DNA of 64,000 nucleotides from Patescibacteria group bacterium (GTDB taxonomy: Bacteria; Patescibacteriota; Kazan-3B-28; UBA10110), in NCBI GenBank assembly GCA_043802665.1, contig JAZDKW010000020.1:7036-71035 (forward strand), in the 5' to 3' direction. This document shows, piece after piece, positions 20,303 through 29,578 of this stretch; position 1 is the first letter of the stretch, and each line of letters begins with the position of its first letter. Below the pieces are notes generated by a model. It ran no database searches and was not told the DNA's origin. It worked only from the letters and a program-made list of their open reading frames with translations. The translations under genes and the position numbers were made by a program.

Positions 20303-21521
20303 TTAGGTGGTCCTTGAACAAATCTACAATTTTATCCATCCGGAGGGCTCGCGACCCCTTAACCAGTACTATACTATTATCCTGCAAAATAGTGGAGATT
20401 GCATCGGGGGAAAAATCTCGCGCCTGGCCAGGAGGCAATCCAGCCTGGACAGCTGCTTCCTTTATCAAAGCTCCCCCTTTTCCTACAACCCAAAGCTGAT
20501 CTACCGTTTTAGCAGCATATTCCCCTACGCTCCGGTGTCCTTTATCATGAGCACTGCCCAACTCGCGCATTTCTCCTAAAATAGCAACCTTGCGGCGATT
20601 GGCACCCAAGCGAGCCAAACTTCTCAAAGCCGCTGTCACAGAAGTAGGATTAGCGTTGTAGGTATCGTCGATCACTATGATGCCCGCTAACCGGATAACT
20701 TCAAACCTACTCTTTGGCAAAGTATAGCGACTAAGCCGCTTGGCCATAGTATCCCAGGGTACCCCAAAGTAATGTCCCACGGTTAACGCCGTTAAAGCGG
20801 CGTAAACAAATTGGTAGCCATAGACTGGCAAGTCTATCTGGGTGACATGATTATCCGCTCGTGCACTAAAGTGAATACCCCCGCTACCAAAACCAATATC
20901 ACTAGCCCAAACATCGCCTTCTCCTTCAGCACTGATAAAAACTTTTTTAGCAGATGTCTTGCGTGAAATTAATTTACTAAAATCGTCGTCTTTATTAAGG
21001 ATGGCCAGTCCCTTTCGTTTGACATTGGCAATCACCAAACTTTTCTCTTCAACCAATTCCGATTTTGACCCGAAGAACTCCAAATGTACATCACCGATAT
21101 TAGTCAGCACTCCTACTTCTGGAACAATAAACTTCATAAAATAGCTGATATCCCCTGGCCGATCAGCCGCTAATTCTAAAATGAATATTTGCGGATAAGA
21201 ACATTTTCTAACTAATTTTTGGATGGCTAACCATGTTAGCCTCCCCACATCTTGCCAAGTTATTTTAACCCTGCCATCAATTTCAGTGCCGACAAAATCG
21301 GGATCAATAATTGTAGCCGTAACTCCAAATTCGGTATTTAGATTTCCGCGGGTAGCGGCGATATGAGAATCTTCTTTCTGCCCTCGTAGCACCACGAGAA
21401 TAGCCTCTTTTGTGCTAGTTTTTCCGGTACTGCCAGTAATCGCCACAATCCGAGGGTGGTATTTGGCCAAAATTTTAGCGGCCCAGTATCTGAACCAAGT
21501 TTTGAGAAATCTTCTTGCCAT
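20295..21521 (-). CDS. murF: UDP-MurNAc-tripeptide--D-Ala-D-Ala ligase
   Basis: TGSTGKTSTKE, DDTYNANP, LGEMRELG, VKGSR. Confidence 0.94.
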   Translation of the reverse strand: MARRFLKTWFRYWAAKILAKYHPRIVAITGSTGKTSTKEAILVVLRGQKEDSHIAATRGNLNTEFGVTATIIDPDFVGTEIDGRVKITWQDVGRLTWLAIQKLVRKCSYPQIFILELAADRPGDISYFMKFIVPEVGVLTNIGDVHLEFFGSKSELVEEKSLVIANVKRKGLAILNKDDDFSKLISRKTSAKKVFISAEGEGDVWASDIGFGSGGIHFSARADNHVTQIDLPVYGYQFVYAALTALTVGHYFGVPWDTMAKRLSRYTLPKSRFEVIRLAGIIVIDDTYNANPTSVTAALRSLARLGANRRKVAILGEMRELGSAHDKGHRSVGEYAAKTVDQLWVVGKGGALIKEAAVQAGLPPGQARDFSPDAISTILQDNSIVLVKGSRALRMDKIVDLFKDHLNE

Positions 21522-21536
21522 TGATTATACTATATC

Positions 21537-23249
21537 TTATTTATCCGGAGGGATCTGCCAATAATCAAACAGGAATTTAGCGATATCACTAAATAACGGG
21601 GCAGCGGAAACCTCTGCAAATTTAGCATCCTTGGGACGATCGATGCGTGTCAGCATAACAAACCGCGGATTGTCCACCGGAGCAAACCCAACAAAAGTGC
21701 CAATGCTGACATTTTTCTCATAACCACCCGGGGAAGCAATCTGGGCGGTCCCAGTTTTGCCAGCTATGCGGTATCCAGGCACACCAGCCAATTGACCATG
21801 GCCACGTTCAACTACGCTCACCATCATCGCCCCCACCAATTGAGCTGTCTGCGGTTTCATCGCCACTCGTACTACTTGAGTATCTATAGAAGCCGCTCCG
21901 CCAGGATAAATAATTTTATCAACAATATGCGGTTTAACTAATTTACCCTGGTTAGCAATCGCGCCGACAGCCGCTATCAGCTGTATGGGAGTTACGGCTA
22001 CTGCTTGGCCAAATGACATTGAAGCCAAGTCAATATCCGCCCATTCTCGGAATGACCGGACAGATGCCGCTATCTCCCCATCTAAACCAACATTAGTGGA
22101 GGCATCAAACCCTAAATCTTTCAGGTATTTATAGAAAAGTTGACGCCCCAACTTTTGCACCACAAAAGTAGCTCCCGTGTTTAGTGATTTTTCTAACACT
22201 TGGGTCATTGTCTGCACACCATACGCCGCTAAATCAGAGTTGCGTACTACGTCATCGTCAATTTTTACCTCTCCCGTATCAACATATGTAGTGCTTGGGG
22301 AGATTAACCCTGTATCTATTCCGGCCGCGATAGTAAATATTTTAAATACCGATCCCGGCTCGTAAGCTAAAGACACATTTGGATTGGCAAAGTTTTCTAA
22401 GGAATATTGGTTGTAATAATTGGGGTTAAAGTCAGGATAGGACGCCATAGCGATAATGCGACCGGTGGTTGGTTCCATAATAATAACGTCACCCCCAGTG
22501 GCTTCGTGTTTTTCTACTGCCTCTTTTAATTTCTTCTCCACATAATACTGGATTGCTCGATCGATGGTCAAAACGATATCGGCTCCATCTTCCGGATTAA
22601 CAATCTTGCGATTTCCCACAGTAATATGCGATCCCAATGAGCTCTTTTCTACCTGTTCCAACCCAGCCTTTCCACTAAGCTCCTGATCAAAATAACCCTC
22701 AATCCCATACTGGCCCAACTGATCTCTGTTCACAAACCCTAACACTTGAGAGGCTAAGCTGTCTTCCGGATAATAGCGGTATTCTTCCGACCGAAAATAG
22801 ACACCATCCAAGTTTAGATTTTGGATCTCTTCTTTTTCTTTCACCTCCACCCTTCGCTTCAAAGGCGGTGCATAAACCTTATTTGATTCGAGAATATCCA
22901 GTAGCTCCGCCTCAGTGATATCGAACAAATAAGGCATTAGTTTATTGGCGACCAACTCTGGTTGCTTAACTTGAGTGGGGACTACATTCAAACTATACAA
23001 AGCCACATTAACAGCTAAAGGATAGTAACTGTTAAGTTGGGGGTCATAAACCAAAATCTTGCCACGAGGAGCCGGAGTATTTTCATTTACCACATGCTGT
23101 TCACGGGCTAAGGCCGCGAAATTAGTGTACTCAATAATTTGCCGTTGGAAAATCTTGCCTATAACCAGGGCAAGGAAAACGGCAAAGAAAAGAGTTAACA
23201 CATTAAGCCGATGTAGCTGTAGTGACTCATTTAATGCGTTATAAGCCAT
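21537..23249 (-). CDS. ftsI: Class B penicillin-binding protein (FtsI-like)
   Basis: EPGSVFK, SLN and KTGTAQ motifs; dcw context. Confidence 0.9.
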   Translation of the reverse strand: MAYNALNESLQLHRLNVLTLFFAVFLALVIGKIFQRQIIEYTNFAALAREQHVVNENTPAPRGKILVYDPQLNSYYPLAVNVALYSLNVVPTQVKQPELVANKLMPYLFDITEAELLDILESNKVYAPPLKRRVEVKEKEEIQNLNLDGVYFRSEEYRYYPEDSLASQVLGFVNRDQLGQYGIEGYFDQELSGKAGLEQVEKSSLGSHITVGNRKIVNPEDGADIVLTIDRAIQYYVEKKLKEAVEKHEATGGDVIIMEPTTGRIIAMASYPDFNPNYYNQYSLENFANPNVSLAYEPGSVFKIFTIAAGIDTGLISPSTTYVDTGEVKIDDDVVRNSDLAAYGVQTMTQVLEKSLNTGATFVVQKLGRQLFYKYLKDLGFDASTNVGLDGEIAASVRSFREWADIDLASMSFGQAVAVTPIQLIAAVGAIANQGKLVKPHIVDKIIYPGGAASIDTQVVRVAMKPQTAQLVGAMMVSVVERGHGQLAGVPGYRIAGKTGTAQIASPGGYEKNVSIGTFVGFAPVDNPRFVMLTRIDRPKDAKFAEVSAAPLFSDIAKFLFDYWQIPPDK

Positions 23250-23374
23250 AAGATTATTATAACAATACCCTCTATTTTTTCCTGGAGAATCCCCTCGCTA
23301 AGCTCAACCTAATTACCTTTAACTAAAGCACGCCTGCTTACGCTTTCAGTCGCTTAATCTAAAAATAACTGAAA

Positions 23375-23836
23375 TTATTTTTGAGCCAAAGGGCCACTCG
23401 TGTCTTCCAGATAAGTCAACGAACCTATCTGTATCATTTTCGGGACATAAGTAGTTTGATTGGCTGGTTCTATTTGATCCGTGGAAGATTCTGTAGCAGG
23501 CTTTGTCCGTCCAGTGGGCTGACCATTGTCCCCTATTTCAATCTGTTCAGTTGCACCCTTTTCAATCACGGCTAATGATTGTAGCCGGGCCGCTTCTACC
23601 GCCAATCTTTCGTTCTCAGCCGCTAATCCTTTCTTGGTCAAATCTAAGGTATGGATTTGGGCCCCCTTGGTTGAAACTACATTGATAATAACGATGTACG
23701 AGCAGGTCAAAACTACAAACAGTACCAAGGATATTGAAGTAACTGAAATTGCCCCCCATTTAATTTTGTTGAACTTACGAAAACGGACTGCTTCCTTTGA
23801 TTTAATACCGCCTTGTTTGGGAGACCAACTTGCCAT
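23375..23836 (-). CDS. FtsL-like cell division protein
   Basis: TM plus coiled coil, located between rsmH and ftsI. Confidence 0.65.
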   Translation of the reverse strand: MASWSPKQGGIKSKEAVRFRKFNKIKWGAISVTSISLVLFVVLTCSYIVIINVVSTKGAQIHTLDLTKKGLAAENERLAVEAARLQSLAVIEKGATEQIEIGDNGQPTGRTKPATESSTDQIEPANQTTYVPKMIQIGSLTYLEDTSGPLAQK

Positions 23837-23845
23837 AACAAATTT

Positions 23846-24739
23846 TTATATTTTCTCAATAACTCGTAGCTTAGCACTTCGGGCCCGGGGATTGCTGTGA
23901 ATCTCGTCCGGGGTAGGCACAACTGGCTTTTTGGTGATCAATTTCACTAATTCAGCCCGTGCTTGGTCACGAAAAACATTTTTCACAATTCGATCCTCTA
24001 AAGAATGGTAACTGATGACTGCCAATCTGCCTCCCTGATTCAAGCAAGCTATCGCCCGCGGTAACGCTGTGGTCAATAAGCCTAATTCGTCATTAACGGC
24101 GATTCTTAGAGCTTGAAAAGTTTGAGTGGCTGGGTGAATCCTACCGTGCCGGCCGCCTTTGGCGGTGGCTACAATATCGGCTAATTCACCAGTAGAAGTA
24201 ATTTTCTCTCTCCGCCGGGCAGTAAAGATAGCATCAGCAATTTTGCGACTGGCTCGTTCTTCTCCAAACTCCCAAATTATCCGGGCCAGCTCTTCTTTCG
24301 GATAGGAATTAACAATTTCAGCGGCCGTAAGCTCCTGATTGGCATCAAAACGCATATCTAAAGGTGCATCTTCTTTAAAGGAAAAACCTCGCCTCCCACT
24401 TAACTGGCGAGACGATAAACCCAGGTCAAATAATATTGCGTCAACTCGCTTATGTCCATGCTCTTTAATGAGGTCACCAAGATCATTGTAATTGCCAGGG
24501 ATAACAACCAGTTCAACTTTCGATTTTTGAGAAGATAATTTTTCATAAGCACTTTCTACTGCTTCCGAGTCGCGATCCAATCCAAGGAAAAACCCTCCCG
24601 GGCTAATCTGGGGGAGAATTTTAGTGGCATGCCCGCCACCCCCCACTGTGGCATCTACCACTGCTTCACCGGGACGCAAGTCCATCAGCGCAATAGCTTC
24701 TTCCACCAGCACTGGAATATGAATTAAATGGATTTCCAA
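23846..24739 (-). CDS. rsmH: 16S rRNA m4C1402 methyltransferase
   Basis: HIPVL, DATVGGGGH, SYHSLEDRIVK, NPRARSAKLR. Confidence 0.97.
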   Translation of the reverse strand: MEIHLIHIPVLVEEAIALMDLRPGEAVVDATVGGGGHATKILPQISPGGFFLGLDRDSEAVESAYEKLSSQKSKVELVVIPGNYNDLGDLIKEHGHKRVDAILFDLGLSSRQLSGRRGFSFKEDAPLDMRFDANQELTAAEIVNSYPKEELARIIWEFGEERASRKIADAIFTARRREKITSTGELADIVATAKGGRHGRIHPATQTFQALRIAVNDELGLLTTALPRAIACLNQGGRLAVISYHSLEDRIVKNVFRDQARAELVKLITKKPVVPTPDEIHSNPRARSAKLRVIEKI

Positions 24740-24906
24740 ATTATTAAAACTGATAAAATTGTCATCGGTAGTCCGCGCAGGAAGGCATTCTTTTTTGTTC
24801 CCTTGGGTGGAGGGAAAATTTCACTTAGGAGGTGAAAATTGTTGGCTAATTGTTGCACAATAATGACAAATTGTCGCCTTCCTGCAGACTACCCCGTAAA
24901 TAAGAA

Positions 24907-25329
24907 TTAAATGAACAGCTGCTCGACAAGAGTTTCGCTCTCTTTTTCAGTAGATTCTTTGTATTCTTGCCAGACTTTTGCATCCCAAATTTCTATACGA
25001 CTCAAAAGTCCAGCAACAATTATGGCACGATTTAGATTAGCATAATCCATCAAATATTTTGGCAAAATGATCCGACCCTGTTTATCCAGTCCCACTTCCA
25101 TCGCTCCCGCTAAAATTAAACGAGAAAAGGCTCGGGCGCTTTTTTGGGAGATCGGTGTGCTATTTAGCTTATCTACCAATTTTTGCCATTCGGTCAAAGT
25201 ATAAAGGAACAGACAACCATCTAAACCCTTTGTGACAACCGCTCCGCCCGCTAAATCAGCACGGAACTTGATGGGAATTGCCAGCCTACTCTTTTCATCA
25301 ATTGTGTGTGAATACTCGCCAATAAACAT
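24907..25329 (-). CDS. mraZ: Division/cell wall cluster regulator MraZ
   Basis: MFIGEYSHTIDEKSRLAIP, DKQGRIILP. Confidence 0.97.
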   Translation of the reverse strand: MFIGEYSHTIDEKSRLAIPIKFRADLAGGAVVTKGLDGCLFLYTLTEWQKLVDKLNSTPISQKSARAFSRLILAGAMEVGLDKQGRIILPKYLMDYANLNRAIIVAGLLSRIEIWDAKVWQEYKESTEKESETLVEQLFI

Positions 25330-25333
25330 TTAT

Positions 25334-25370
25334 CCACTTTTAATCTCCACTTATCCCCACCCTTCTCCAC
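25334..25370 (-). promoter_or_regulatory. MraZ-binding GTGG boxes
   Basis: Four GTGG(A/G) repeats at 10, 10 and 13 nt period directly upstream of mraZ. Confidence 0.75.
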
Positions 25371-25642
25371 ATCGTTATTATTATAAACCACACCAACCCA
25401 TTGGCAACCATTAGATATCCCCACTAAATGAAAATTGGCTCTGGAAGCCAAGACTTTTTAAATTTATTATTGCCAAACCCGACTATTTGGATTGTAGACT
25501 TACAATAGGGCTCTCTATTACCTATCTTAATACCGAAGGTGGTACCTTTTGACATCCATATCATCTACCCTCTGACTGGCTGGGTGGCTATTATTACTCT
25601 AATTCTATAAAATATAAGTGTTAATAGGATAACCTTTTATTT

Positions 25643-26377
25643 ATGAAAAAATCGCGACCTTCTTTAAGCACTGAAGCTCTGGCAGTAATACTGTTGGTAT
25701 TAGTTTCTGCCGGATTAACTTGGGCCAATACCACCAATAACACCGTCTCCTCTGCAGTAACTTGGCCCGGTATGACCTCCGATACTTTCACTATCCCTTC
25801 TGGGATAAATACGGACAACACAACCAGCTCCAGCACCAGCGGTTGTTGTAGCAAACGCGTGGTTAATGGCAAAACCAGTGGAATTTGTGTTAAAGGCACC
25901 GGTTGTCCCAGCAACAATCAATGTTCCAATATCGGCGGGGCTTGTAGTAACTACAGCGGCAGTGGCGGATCTGGAGGATCTGGCGGTGGCACTACTCCCA
26001 CTCCCTCTACCCCCACCACCCCAACCCCCACTCCGGTTGACCCCGACCATGATGGTAAACATTGGGCCTGCGTTCCTGTTAGTTATGGAACGATAGCCTA
26101 CAAATGCGTGGAAGTCAACGGAGAAGCTGAAGATACTTGCGGAGAAGAAAAAGGCCCTTGTCTAAACAAGCCCGCTGGCACTCCCGCTGATTATTATTAC
26201 ACTTGCCGAGCAAACAAATGTGTAGCCGTTGCTAATATACCAGGACAATTACCTGGCAGAAGCAGTTGTAGTAGTGATACAGATTGTACCAAAAACGTTT
26301 TTACCTCTGTAGGCAATAGCATCGGCAATTTCTTCGGCATGATTTGGTCTACTGTTCTTTCTTGGTTTGGTCGCTAA
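25643..26377 (+). CDS. Secreted cysteine-rich protein with Gly/Ser and Pro/Thr linkers
   Basis: Signal peptide, more than 12 Cys in small modules, GGSGGSGGG and TPTP linker. Confidence 0.75.
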   Translation: MKKSRPSLSTEALAVILLVLVSAGLTWANTTNNTVSSAVTWPGMTSDTFTIPSGINTDNTTSSSTSGCCSKRVVNGKTSGICVKGTGCPSNNQCSNIGGACSNYSGSGGSGGSGGGTTPTPSTPTTPTPTPVDPDHDGKHWACVPVSYGTIAYKCVEVNGEAEDTCGEEKGPCLNKPAGTPADYYYTCRANKCVAVANIPGQLPGRSSCSSDTDCTKNVFTSVGNSIGNFFGMIWSTVLSWFGR

Positions 26378-26472
26378 TTATCGGGGTTTTAATAATGGGG
26401 ATCGTCCCCTTCTACCTTCCCAACGGCTCTCCGATGAGTATCGGAGAGCCGTTGCTTTTTTGTTTGGTGTAT

Positions 26473-26505
26473 TAAAAAACCCGCATTTCAGCGGGGTTTT
26501 TAAAA
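26473..26505. terminator. Bidirectional terminator
   Basis: AAAAAACCCGC-ATTTCA-GCGGGGTTTTT. Confidence 0.65.
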
Positions 26506-26610
26506 TAAAAGAAAACATTCGGTGGGCACCTAATTGGGTGGATAACAGACCCACCCTGCTACTTCCTGACATGGTCGTCTGGAATGGTGCGTACTTCAGG
26601 GATCCCAGGT

Positions 26611-26793
26611 TCACAACAAGCTCCACCAGCCAAAGGTGGCTCCTCCCAGTATGGCACCTCCGCCAAAGATAAAAGCTATTCCGATGAGAGTGGGACCCAA
26701 CTCTTTTTTGGTGGTGCCGATTACCATGAGGATAAGACCAAGAATAAGAACAGCGGCTCCGAAGATTTGAGCGGATGACTCGAAGAATGACAT
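26611..26793 (-). CDS. Small two-TM membrane protein (array 1)
   Basis: AAGGAGG RBS, two hydrophobic helices. Confidence 0.7.
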   Translation of the reverse strand: MSFFESSAQIFGAAVLILGLILMVIGTTKKELGPTLIGIAFIFGGGAILGGATFGWWSLL

Positions 26794-26905
26794 TTCTTCC
26801 TCCTTAAGGTGCGACTACTTTTTCTCTATCTCCGTCCTAAAGACAGAAACAGGGAGAAAGGCCAATGCGAGAAGCATTGGCGGATGAATTTCTGACACAG
26901 GATGA

Positions 26906-27145
26906 TTAGGACTTTATGAATGCATCGTATTCCGGGCGACCGAATAGCTCCACTGTGAGAAAGTTAAAGCCGCCTTTGCAGCTAGGGCAAAGATTTAATT
27001 TAGCTAGCTCCTTATAGAGAACGATCGCTGCTTTTCGTTCCGGACTACCGTTAGGAGCATTCTTGGCGGCACAAAGGATTTTTTTGCCTTTCTCTTGAAG
27101 CTCCGATTTGTGTCCGCAGGTGCACTTATTATTTTTTCCTACCAT
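26906..27145 (-). CDS. Small Cys-rich, possibly zinc-binding protein (array 1)
   Basis: GGAGG RBS; CTCGH and CPSC motifs. Confidence 0.65.
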   Translation of the reverse strand: MVGKNNKCTCGHKSELQEKGKKILCAAKNAPNGSPERKAAIVLYKELAKLNLCPSCKGGFNFLTVELFGRPEYDAFIKS

Positions 27146-27764
27146 GGTTTCTCCTCCAGAGAAAACAACAAGGGTTACAAGCCCTTTTGCTGCCGGATCA
27201 CTCGCAGAGATGCGCCTTCAGTAAAGACAATAAGATATATATGGGTGTCAATCCATATACAGAGATTATCGCTTTACCTACTCAACCACATCTGTGTGCC
27301 TGATTAGATCCGATGATACTGGACAAGCAATCCAGTCCCTTTCCAGGGGGTTCTATTTGAATGACTTTATTTTCAAGATACGATTCTTTCTCTCTATCTC
27401 AATCGGGTTGATTGGGACAGGGAGAAAGGCCAATGCTTCTTGCATTGGCCAGGAGAACTTATGCATGGTCTCTCCTGGTAACCATATAACGGCGCACCGT
27501 CTCACGCCCCATCTATATACGTACAACGTTATTCCGGCTTCTCCATATGGGTTTTTGTTTATTTGTACCCACATGGTGGAACTAACTGTATATACGATGG
27601 ACTTACGATGCACCGTAAGAAGAAACTGGGCCAAATAAAGCAGGGGTTTGCCTGCTTGGATTTTTGATGTGAAAGTACAATCTTTCTCTCTATCTCAATC
27701 GGGTTGATTGGGACAGGGAGAAAGGCCAATGCAAGGCATTGGCGCTGGGAAGAGCAATTAAATT

Positions 27765-28190
27765 TCAAAATGTAGTGTGCTTCGCTTCCGCAATGAGCTC
27801 ATTCTCGCCCGTCATGTCCAACAGCTTGTCAAAGCTATCGGGGAACCCTGTCTGGAATTTAATCCAGTCTTGGGGCATCAGATACACATGACGCCCATCG
27901 TGAGGGTACATCCCGCATTGACCATTGGACATTAGGATAAGGGCTTTTCTAGTGACATCTTCTTCAATCACCTGGATCATGCCTCGGCAATCGAGACAAC
28001 CCTCTCCAGAATCCACGATGACGTAGTCGAGGGATTCGGAAGAAAACACATTTACGCATTCCTCGTGGACTTGAAATCCGAGAAAATTACCTTTGCTACC
28101 AGCGACAGGGCCCCTTATATTGGCAGTGAGTTTTTCCCATTTACCTTCAGGGAATGTCATGGATGCCATGGATGTCATAACTGATTTCAT
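27765..28190 (-). CDS. Hypothetical protein (array 1)
   Basis: GGAGG RBS, 141 aa, stop just before a repeat copy. Confidence 0.7.
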   Translation of the reverse strand: MKSVMTSMASMTFPEGKWEKLTANIRGPVAGSKGNFLGFQVHEECVNVFSSESLDYVIVDSGEGCLDCRGMIQVIEEDVTRKALILMSNGQCGMYPHDGRHVYLMPQDWIKFQTGFPDSFDKLLDMTGENELIAEAKHTTF

Positions 28191-28647
28191 TTTTCTCCTC
28201 CCAGAGAAGCTCAGTTTATTTACTGGTCATGAGCTTGACCAGGCCAGCTTATATCCATAAACAGTAATTTAGATGGATATACATGCAAGGCATGTATATC
28301 AGACGTAAGCTGTTATGGAGTGGCATAAATTTTTAAGGAACTATTCCTTTCTCTCTATCTCCGTCCTAAAGACAGAAACAGGGAGAAAGGCCAATGCAGA
28401 GTACATTGGCACCGACCAGTTGAGGAGGAGAATTTTTTCAGGGATAGGCATCTCCTCGTAACCATTTTTTGTTAGCTACAGCTAACCCCTTCGCTGTCTA
28501 CATGGTGATACATGGGTATGAGTGATATACTCACTCTGCCCATATAGCCCATGGCTGATCAGCATAATAATAATGACTCTTTTGCTTAAGGTACTTGTGA
28601 TGGATTAGTGGCTCTCAGAGCTAACTTTGTCCATCAACGTTAAGCCG

Positions 28648-28676
28648 AGTATACGCCCGACTACGATTTTTGTCAA
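28648..28676 (-). promoter_or_regulatory. Sigma70 promoter driving array 1
   Basis: TTGACA-17 nt-TATACT on the minus strand. Confidence 0.8.
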
Positions 28677-28749
28677 TTTGAATTATCTCTTAGTTGGCTT
28701 TTGCTCGTCTGACATTGGTAATTATATCTGTCAAAATTGTCAAAGAGTA

Positions 28750-28778
28750 TTGACAGATTAAACAAATAAGAGTAAAAT
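28750..28778 (+). promoter_or_regulatory. Sigma70 promoter of the TrmB gene (leaderless)
   Basis: TTGACA-17 nt-TAAAAT, ATG 6 nt downstream. Confidence 0.75.
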
Positions 28779-28784
28779 GTAACT

Positions 28785-29573
28785 ATGAAACTACCATCTC
28801 AAGATAGCGTATTGCAAGCTTCTTTAGAAGCCATCGGCTTGTCGGAAAAAGAAGCTAAAATCTACATCACCTTAGTTAAATTCGGCACCCTTACCCTATC
28901 TATGCTGGGCAGACACGCTGGGTTAAAACGCGGGATTGTTTATGATTTAACTAAAAAATTAATGACGAAAGGAATTGTTTCTTTATTCGAAAAAGACAAA
29001 AAATTAGTGGCTCAAGCTCAACCCCCGGAAAACTTACGAGCATTAGCAGAGGCGCAGGAAATGGAAACCAAATTAGCTAAGAAGCAACTAGAACAAAATA
29101 TTGTTGAACTAAAGAATATTTATGAGAACATCAACCTTAAACCTAATATTTCTTATTTGATTGGCGACACATCAATAGATTTTTTACACAATGATATATT
29201 ATCGGATAAGAAAACAGTATTCTTAGTTAGATCACTATACGATAGGATTATGAGGGAAGATATTCTATACTACATTAGTAAAAGGGCTAAATTAGGTATC
29301 TTAACAGAAATTACAGCTCCAAAAGATCCCAATAGAACTGACAAAGAACTATTGGAAAAACATCCACCATCGCTAGATAAGAAAAGATTGCTGATACGCA
29401 AATGGTTGCCACGAGGAGAATATGACTCACCTATCGCAATCCAAGTTTACGGTAATAAACTTTCTTTTATCAACTACCGCGAGAATAGAAAAATGGGGTT
29501 ATTAATCGAAGACAAAGACATTGCCGAATCAATTAGGCAAATTCTGCAAGCTCTGCGAAAGAGACTGGATTGA
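28785..29573 (+). CDS. TrmB-family transcriptional regulator
   Basis: GLSEKEAKIYITL wHTH, L..KGIV, C-terminal IQVYGNKLSFI..GLLIED. Confidence 0.88.
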   Translation: MKLPSQDSVLQASLEAIGLSEKEAKIYITLVKFGTLTLSMLGRHAGLKRGIVYDLTKKLMTKGIVSLFEKDKKLVAQAQPPENLRALAEAQEMETKLAKKQLEQNIVELKNIYENINLKPNISYLIGDTSIDFLHNDILSDKKTVFLVRSLYDRIMREDILYYISKRAKLGILTEITAPKDPNRTDKELLEKHPPSLDKKRLLIRKWLPRGEYDSPIAIQVYGNKLSFINYRENRKMGLLIEDKDIAESIRQILQALRKRLD

Positions 29574-29578
29574 GACAA

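Larger units (their letters stand above)
26821..28410 (-). repeat. Array 1: four copies of a ~62 nt double-hairpin repeat (26821-26881, 27386-27450, 27682-27743, 28346-28410)
   Basis: Shared TCTCTATCTC...ACAGGGAGAAAGGCCAATGC...CATTGGC with two alleles of the hairpin top. Confidence 0.9.

Noticed and set aside
27353-27768. ORFs 27353-27634 and 27559-27768 sharing ALAFLPVPINPIEIERK
   Set aside because: The shared peptide is simply the DNA repeat translated; no RBS.
26821-28410. CRISPR array
   Set aside because: Repeats are about 62 nt and recur every 300-660 nt with ORFs between; there is no cas operon.
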